Assembly (NCBI GenBank): GCA_037446135.1
Contig: JBBIJD010000041.1
Span: 1 to 15,213, forward strand
Reading direction: 5' to 3'
Length of the DNA stretch: 15,213 nt
DNA from: Candidatus Fraserbacteria bacterium
GTDB taxonomy: Bacteria > Bipolaricaulota > Bipolaricaulia > RBG-16-55-9 > JANLFV01
Below the pieces are notes generated by a model. It was given only the letters and a program-made list of their open reading frames with translations. It was not told the origin of the DNA and searched no databases. Made by a program: the position numbers and the translations under genes. Shown in pieces: positions 1 to 6,100 of the stretch. How positions within the stretch are numbered: position 1 is the stretch's first letter; each line of letters opens with the position of its first letter.

Positions 1-320
1 ATGATCCGCGATTCGCAGAGGTAGCCGACGGTATAGGTCCCATCGGACTCCTCCTCGAAGACCTTCTCTAAGCGGATGATCTCCCGCTGCCAGCCGCCGT
101 AGCCGAAGATCTCGTTGGCACGGTTGATCACATCCCAGGTCGGGAGGTATTCGACCGTCCCGAACTTGGCCTTCCTCCGCTCGATCCGCTTCTCATCGAG
201 CGGCTTCCGTAGCTCCGCCAGTTGCTCCTCAGTGAGGAGCCCGCGCGGGCCAGGTCCGCTCGGGGCCTCGCGAGCCACTCGCGCCCGCCGCGGCTGCTCG
301 AATAGCTCCTTCTCATCCAT
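1..320 (-). CDS. Rad52/Rad22-family single-strand annealing / DNA repair protein, N-terminal 106 codons (runs off window start)
   Basis: Hand translation from ATG at 320: MDEKELFEQ...LTEEQLAELRKPLDEKRIERRKAKFGTVEYLPTWDVINRANEIFGYGGWQREIIRLEKVFEEESDGTYTVGYLCESRI, with no stop before position 1. VINRANEIFGYGGW matches the Rad52 core motif (V-I-N-x-A-N-E-x-F-G-Y/F-x-G-W). GGGAGGGGGG lies upstream, and the start overlaps the upstream stop (ATGGATGA). Not in the ORF track. Confidence 0.88.
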   Translation of the reverse strand, partial: MDEKELFEQPRRARVAREAPSGPGPRGLLTEEQLAELRKPLDEKRIERRKAKFGTVEYLPTWDVINRANEIFGYGGWQREIIRLEKVFEEESDGTYTVGYLCESRI

Positions 321-510
321 CTTCTTTCCCCCCTCCCAGTCGCCGCTGCGCCTCCAGGAGGAGCGCGACTAGGTCATGGAAGTCCTCCCGGGGCATGCTC
401 CAGGCCGCATAGCCATACTGGATGAAGACCTCCGCCTCTTCAGGGTCATGCCAGACGCTCACCAGCGTCTCACTCGCCGTCAGTCCTTCGGCCAAATCCT
501 CGATCGCCAT
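313..510 (-). CDS. Small hypothetical protein (65 aa, MAIEDLAEGLTASETLVSVWHDPEEAEVFIQYGYAAWSMPREDFHDLVALLLEAQRRLGGGKEDG)
   Basis: ORF-track 313..549 trimmed to the ATG at 510 because the longer TTG start falls in the predicted -35 box. It fills the gap between the promoter and the Rad52-like gene, which it overlaps by 8 nt. Confidence 0.7.
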   Translation of the reverse strand: MAIEDLAEGLTASETLVSVWHDPEEAEVFIQYGYAAWSMPREDFHDLVALLLEAQRRLGGGKEDG

Positions 511-520
511 TGCAAACCAC

Positions 521-549
521 ATTATGACAGCCAGGCGGAGCTCTTGCAA
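521..549 (-). promoter_or_regulatory. sigma70-type promoter for the hypothetical/Rad52-like unit
   Basis: Minus strand reads TTGCAA (549-544), 17 nt, CATAAT (526-521), with TGn immediately before the -10. Confidence 0.65.
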
Positions 550-553
550 CCCC

Positions 554-582
554 TTGAAAAGGGTAGGCCGATCGCCTAAGCT
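554..582 (+). promoter_or_regulatory. sigma70-type promoter for ruvX, probably giving a leaderless transcript
   Basis: TTGAAA (554-559), 17 nt, TAAGCT (577-582). The ATG at 591 follows after 8 nt, with no SD. Confidence 0.55.
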
Positions 583-590
583 CTCTTGAG

Positions 591-1037
591 ATGGGCTCGC
601 GGATCTTGGGCCTCGACCTTGGGGAGAAGCGGATCGGCCTGGCGGTGAGCGACCCGGAGGGGCGGCTGGCCAGTGGGCGAGGGATCTACCTCCGGCGGGG
701 GCTGGAAGAGGATCTAGCCTATCTCCAGCGGCTCGTGGTGGAGGAAGGGATCAGCGAGGTGGTCCTCGGCCTGCCCCAGAGGCTAGACGGCTCGCTCGGG
801 CCGGAGGCCCAAGCGGTCCTAGAGTTTAAGCGCCTCCTCGAGGAGCGGCTGGGCCTCAAGGTGGCCCTCTTCGATGAGCGGCTGACGACCGCCGAGGCGG
901 AGCGGGTCCTCCTGGAGGCCGATCTCTCGCGGAGGAAGCGCAAAGGCTTGAGGGACGAGCTGGCAGCGGTCCTGATCCTCCAGGGCTTTTTGGATTCGCG
1001 GGTGCGGGCCCAACCAAAGGGAAGAGAAGGGAGATGA
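591..1037 (+). CDS. ruvX: Holliday junction resolvase-like / pre-16S rRNA nuclease RuvX (YqgF)
   Basis: Motifs ILGLDLGEKRIGLAVSD, VVLGLP, DERLTT and DELAAVLILQGFLD; 148 aa. Confidence 0.95.
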   Translation: MGSRILGLDLGEKRIGLAVSDPEGRLASGRGIYLRRGLEEDLAYLQRLVVEEGISEVVLGLPQRLDGSLGPEAQAVLEFKRLLEERLGLKVALFDERLTTAEAERVLLEADLSRRKRKGLRDELAAVLILQGFLDSRVRAQPKGREGR

Positions 1038-3058
1038 GAAGGATGAAGGCCACTAACCCGAGGCTGGCGTTCCTACTCCTGCTCGGGCTTGTCCTGCTTG
1101 CCGGTCTCCTCGGGGCCGCCGCGGCGGACGATCACGGCGACTCCCCTCTCGCGGCCACGCCGATCCCGACCGATGGAACGCTCATCCAGGGGTGCATCGA
1201 GCGGCCTGGGGACCTCGACTACTTCCTCTTCAGCGGCTTGGCCGGCCGGAGGTATCTCATCCAGACGAGCCACCTTACTCCCGAGATGGATACTATCATT
1301 TATCTCTTCGGGACCGACGGGCAGACGATCCTGGCCGTCGATGACAACTCCGGCGGGGGAAGGGCCTCGCGGCTCGAGTGGAACTGCCCCGCTTCAGGGA
1401 CTTATTTCGTGATGATTCGGCATGCCCAGGCCACGACCGGGACCGGGTGCTATGCCCTCTCGATCAGCCTCGCTCAGGCCGATGACCACGGGAATGATCC
1501 CCTGAGCGCCACCCCTATCTCCGCTGACGGGGAGCCGATCCCAGGCTATATCGAGGTCCCCGGGGATGTCGACTACTTCCTCTTCGCCGCCGAGGCTGAT
1601 TGGAACTATATCATCAGGACCGACCGGCTCACCCCCGAGATGGATACGGTCCTCACACTTTATGGTCCAGACGGGCGGACCGTCCTTGCCGAGGACGACA
1701 ACTCCGGGGGCGGGAAGGCCTCCCGGATTGCCTGGTCCGCCCCGGCGAGCGGGACCTACTTTGTGACTGTCCGGCATGCCTCTCCCGACGGGATCGGCGG
1801 TTACGAGCTGGTGCTCGAGAGGTCCGGCTATGGCGACGATTACGGGAACGAACCTGCCTCCGCGGCAGCGGTCCCCACCGATGGGACCCCGGTCAGGGGG
1901 CGGATCGAGGTCCCCGGTGATATCGACTATTTCTCCTTCTCCGCCAAGGCTGAAGGGGAGTATACCATCGCCACGAGTGAACTGAGCCCCGAGATGGATA
2001 CGGTCCTTGTGCTCTATGGCCCCGATGGGCGGACGGCCCTGGCCGAGGACGATAATTCCGGGGGAGGAAGGGCCTCGAAGCTCATCTGGACCTGCCCGGC
2101 CTCGGGGACTTACTACCTCGCAGTCCGGCATGCCCGGCCCCAAGGGACCGGCTCATATGCGGTCGCGATCAACGCGATCCTCAAGCTCCGCGAGGTCGGC
2201 TCGTTCAAGCCGCCGGGCTATGCCCTCGATGTCTGGGTCGAGGGGGAGTTCGCCTACCTTGTGGTGGGCTTCTTTGGGTTATTGGTCCTGGACATCTCCG
2301 ATCCGGCCAGGCCCATCCAGGTCGGCTCCTACAGCACTCGGGACTATGCCCGCTCGATCACCCTCTCCGGAGGGTATGCCTATCGGGCCGATCGGGGCGG
2401 TGGGCTGGTGATCCTGGACATCTCCGATCCCATGAGGCCTGAAGAGGTGGCGACCTTCGATACCCCCGGCTCGGCCCAGGAGGTGGCCCTCAGTGGCGGC
2501 TATGCCTATGTAGCTGACAGTCAGGGCGGGCTCCAGATCGTCGATGTCTCGAACCCTCGCAGCCCGAATGGGGTCGGCTCTTATGCCACTCGCGGCTACG
2601 CTGAGGGGGTCTATGTCTCCGGCCGCTATGCCTATCTAGCCACGGGCGATGCCGGGCTGGAGATCGTTGACCTCTCCGAGCCGAAGAATCCCAAAGGGGT
2701 GAGCGCGCTCGACCTCCCCGGAGAGGCCCATTCCGTCTGGGTCTCGGGCGATTACGCCTATGTCGCTAGCGGCTACCGCGGGCTCCAGATCGTCGATCTC
2801 TCCGATCCGGCCAACCCGAGGATCAGCGGCTCCCAGGATACGGAAGGCGAGGCCTACGGGCTCTTTTGGGCCGGGAGTTACCTCTACCTTGCCGACTACA
2901 CCGCGGGGCTCCTCGTGCTGAGCCTAGCTGACCCTAAAGCGCCCCAGCCGGTCGCCAAGCTCGATACCCCCGGGAGCGCGATGAGCGTCTTCGTCTCGGG
3001 GGATTATGCCTATGTGGCCGACCGTGAGGGCGGCCTGCGGATTATCCAATTGATGTGA
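1034..3058 (+). CDS. Secreted protein with three PPC-like (pre-peptidase C-terminal) domains and a seven-repeat LVIVD beta-propeller
   Basis: Signal peptide (basic N-terminus, Leu-rich core, AAA-DD). Three 118-aa repeats DD(H/Y)G..IE.PGD.DYF..PEMDT....GPDG..LA.DDNSGGG.AS..W..PASGTY, then seven ~42-aa repeats of type AYVA....GLQIVD.S.P..P. ATGA overlap with the ruvX stop. Confidence 0.85.
   Translation: MRRMKATNPRLAFLLLLGLVLLAGLLGAAAADDHGDSPLAATPIPTDGTLIQGCIERPGDLDYFLFSGLAGRRYLIQTSHLTPEMDTIIYLFGTDGQTILAVDDNSGGGRASRLEWNCPASGTYFVMIRHAQATTGTGCYALSISLAQADDHGNDPLSATPISADGEPIPGYIEVPGDVDYFLFAAEADWNYIIRTDRLTPEMDTVLTLYGPDGRTVLAEDDNSGGGKASRIAWSAPASGTYFVTVRHASPDGIGGYELVLERSGYGDDYGNEPASAAAVPTDGTPVRGRIEVPGDIDYFSFSAKAEGEYTIATSELSPEMDTVLVLYGPDGRTALAEDDNSGGGRASKLIWTCPASGTYYLAVRHARPQGTGSYAVAINAILKLREVGSFKPPGYALDVWVEGEFAYLVVGFFGLLVLDISDPARPIQVGSYSTRDYARSITLSGGYAYRADRGGGLVILDISDPMRPEEVATFDTPGSAQEVALSGGYAYVADSQGGLQIVDVSNPRSPNGVGSYATRGYAEGVYVSGRYAYLATGDAGLEIVDLSEPKNPKGVSALDLPGEAHSVWVSGDYAYVASGYRGLQIVDLSDPANPRISGSQDTEGEAYGLFWAGSYLYLADYTAGLLVLSLADPKAPQPVAKLDTPGSAMSVFVSGDYAYVADREGGLRIIQLM
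1127..2180 (+). repeat. Three tandem 354-nt coding repeats (PPC-like domains)
   Basis: The DD(H/Y)G units start at 1127, 1481 and 1835, exactly 354 nt apart. Nucleotide blocks such as cccgagatggatac recur in all three. The end coordinate is approximate. Confidence 0.9.
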
Positions 3059-3065
3059 GAAATGG

Positions 3066-3102
3066 AGCGGGGCAGGGCCTTCCAGTCCAGCCCTGCCCCG
3101 CT
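3066..3102. terminator. GC-rich hairpin between convergent genes, probable bidirectional terminator
   Basis: Perfect 13-bp inverted repeat agcggggcagggc (3066-3078) / gccctgccccgct (3090-3102) with an 11-nt loop, between stops at 3058 and 3114. There is no clear U-tract on either side. Confidence 0.75.
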
Positions 3103-3113
3103 TGGCTCATCTC

Positions 3114-6100
3114 TTACCGTTCTTGGGTCACGCTCACAGGCACATTCTCGGAGAGGTCCGTCCCGTTCCCTGAGACGGTGTTCCCATAACCGGCGACGGT
3201 CGAGGTCGCGTCCGCGAAGATCCCATACCCGGAGTTGTTCGTGATCTGGCTGATCCTGAGAGAGGCGAGCGAGCCCTCCAGGTGGATTCCGTCCCGCTTG
3301 TTCCCCGAGACGGTGGCCTGATAGAGCGAGAGGACCGATTGGGTCGTGAGGATCAACCCATGGCCGCTATTCCCGGAGATCGTGGCCCCGCGGACCGAGG
3401 CGGAGGAGGCGCTCAAGGCCAGCCCATTCCCCTGATTCTCCTTGACTGCAGTCCCGATGAGCATCACTGCCGAGCGCTCGCTCAAAGTGAGCCCGTCGGC
3501 GAGGTTACTGCTCACCTCTCCGCCGAGGAGGGCCGCGACCGCGCTCACCAGCGAGAGCCCGCCGAGCCTATTCTCCGAGATGAGGGAATCGGTGATCATC
3601 ACCGCTGAGCGCTCCTTGGCCTCGATCCCCCAGCCAGCGTTCCCGCTGATCTTGGCGGTAGTGAGCGAGGCGGGCGAGCCCTTGAGGAGCAATCCGGTCG
3701 CCGGATGGTCGAGGATGCTGGAGTCGAGGACGGTCAAGGTGGAGTTGATGGTGTTGACCGCGATGGCCCCGTTCCCTTTGATCTCCGAGTTGGCCATCAC
3801 GACCGCTGAGCTGTTCACCAAGTCCAGTCCGAAGCTCTTGTTCCCGCTTAAGGTGCTCCCGGAGATGGTCGCCTGGGAGTCATGGGCCACGATCCCCGCC
3901 CCGGCGCTATTGGTGATGAAGCTCCCAACTAAGTCGAGTGAGGACTCCTCGAGGAGGATTCCCTCGGCGGGATGGTCGCTCACCGCGGAGTCGCTCACGG
4001 CGAGCGTCGACCTTCGGGCGAGGAGCCCCTGGCCGCGATTCCCCTTGACTTGAGAGCTCTTCATGTCGGCCTTGGAGTCCTCGAGCTCGAGCCCGACCCC
4101 GCCGTGGCCAGTGATCAAGCTCCCGGCGAGCGTGAGGGTCCCGTTCTTGGCTACGATCCCTCGGGCACTATTCTCCCGGACTTCGCTGTCCTCGAGGTCG
4201 ACGGAGCTGGTGTCGAGGACGATCGCGTCCTTCGGGTGGGCCGAGATCTTGCTCCCGATGAGGGTAACCCGGGAGCGATCGCGTGCGACCAGGGCCGAGC
4301 CGCTGTTCCCGCGGATCAGGCAGGTCGCAACGGTCAGGGAGCTCCCCTCGAGCTCCAGGCCGTTCCCGCCGTTGTCGGCGATGGTCGAGCCCTCGAGTGT
4401 CCCCTTCGAGCCGGAGGCCAAAAGCCCATGGCCACGATTCTTGCTGATCGTTGAGTCCCGGATCTTAGCCGAGCTCTTCTCGAGGGCGATCCCCTCGTTC
4501 GGATGGCCCAAGACCTCGCTCCCCTTGGAGAGGTTGAGGACCGAGCTTGCGGCTCTGATCCCCGTGGCGCCGTTAGCCTGGACCTTCGTCCCACTCAAAT
4601 CGGCGGCCGAGTCTGCCAGAAGGAGTCCTTCCTGGCCGTTGCCGGAGACCGTAGAATCGGCGAGCGTGGCTGTGGAGCCAGCGATAGCATTGAGCCCATG
4701 CCCGCGGTTGTCGATGATCTCGCTTTTCTGGAGTTCGGCCGTCGAGCCGCTCAGGAAGAGCCCATCTTGGGGATGGCCGAGGATCGTGGACTCGGTGAGC
4801 GCGATCTTCGAGTCCGTCCCGCTCACGCCGCTCGCGCCGTTCCGCTCGATCTTGCTCCCCTTAGCCTCGAGCGAGCTCCCCTGGAGGAGGACCCCCTCCT
4901 GGCCGTTGCCCGAGACGGTGGAGTTCGTCAGCTTGGCCTCGGAGTTAGCTGTGGCGTAGATCCCCCGAGCCCGGTTGGCTGTCACCTGTGAAGTCTCCAG
5001 GTCGGCCTTGGAGTCGGTCAAGTTGAGCCCATCCTGCTGATGGTTCTCTATTCTCGAGCCGACGGCGACGATGATCGAGCTTGTGGCGAGGACCCCGTTC
5101 TTGTTATTGCTCGTGACCATGCTCCCTCGGAGCTCGGCGGAGCTGTTGGAAAGCAAGAGGCCGTTATTCGGATGGCCCAAGATTTCGCTCCCATCGAGCA
5201 ATTTAACTACGGAGTTCTGGGCCGAGAGCCCCTCGCCGCGGTTATTCTGGACCTTGCTGGCCCGGAGGTCGGCGGTCGAGTCGGTCAACTTCAGCCCGTC
5301 CTGGGGATGGCCCAAGATCTCGCTCCCCGAGAGGGTGGCTCGCGAGCGCTCCTGGGCCTCGATCCCGTAGCTGCCATTATCAGTGATCTGGCACTTCTCC
5401 GCTGAGGCCTGGGAGAACTTGAGCCAGAGCCCATCCCCGGTATTCCTGCTCACGGTGGAGTTGCGCAGCGCGGCTTTGGAGGCCTCGGCCTTGAGCCCGT
5501 GGCCGTGGTTCCCCTCGACCTTGAGGTCCTTAGCATCGATCGAGGCCTTAGTGAGGGAGAAGCCGTCCTGACCGTTGTTCGAGACCGAGCCGCCGGAGAA
5601 GGCGGCCACGGCGTTCTGGGCCAGGAGGCCGAAGCTCCCGTTCGAGTCGATGGCGGTCGCCTCGAACCCCGCGGCGGAGTTGACCAGGACTACCCCCTCG
5701 AGCGGCTGGCCGGAGATCGTGCACTCGACGAGCGAGGCCGTGGAGTCCTGGGAATTGAGCCCCCGGCCCCGGTTATTCAAGATCTTCGTGGAGGTGAGGT
5801 CGGCCGTCGAGTTCAGCAAGTCCAGGCCGTGGCTGGCGTTCCCCGAGACGAGACAGGCCTCCATGACTACCGTCGAGACTTCCGCTCCAAGGCCCCGCCC
5901 CTGGTTGTCTTTAATCTCGCTCTTGAGGATGTCCGCTGAGCTGTTCTGGAGGCTGATCCCATCGCTGGGGTGGCCCGAGACGAGGCTGGTGGTCATGGTG
6001 AGGCTCGAGTTCTGCCGGGCATCGATCCCTCGAATCCCGTTGTTCGTGACCTTGCTCCCGGTGATGTCGGCGGTCGAGTTGGTCATGAGGAGGCCGTTCT

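Noticed and set aside
115..579. ORFs 115..372 (+), 128..316 (-) and 376..579 (+)
   Set aside because: They overlap the better-supported Rad52-like and 65-aa genes in other frames or strands and have no independent support.
511..590. LexA box or Deinococcus-type radiation response motif upstream of the Rad52-like unit
   Set aside because: I see no CTGT-N8-ACAG, GAAC-N4-GTTC or convincing 17-bp RDRM-like palindrome.
1127..3058. CRISPR array or diversity-generating retroelement repeats
   Set aside because: The repeats are in-frame, degenerate protein-domain duplications. There are no identical repeats with unique spacers, no adenine-specific TR/VR pair and no reverse transcriptase or cas gene.
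3114..3400. Autotransporter, two-partner secretion or sortase anchor for the giant protein
   Set aside because: Coils continue almost to the stop. There is no barrel-like C-terminus with terminal aromatic residue, no LPxTG/TM tail and no TpsB partner in the window.
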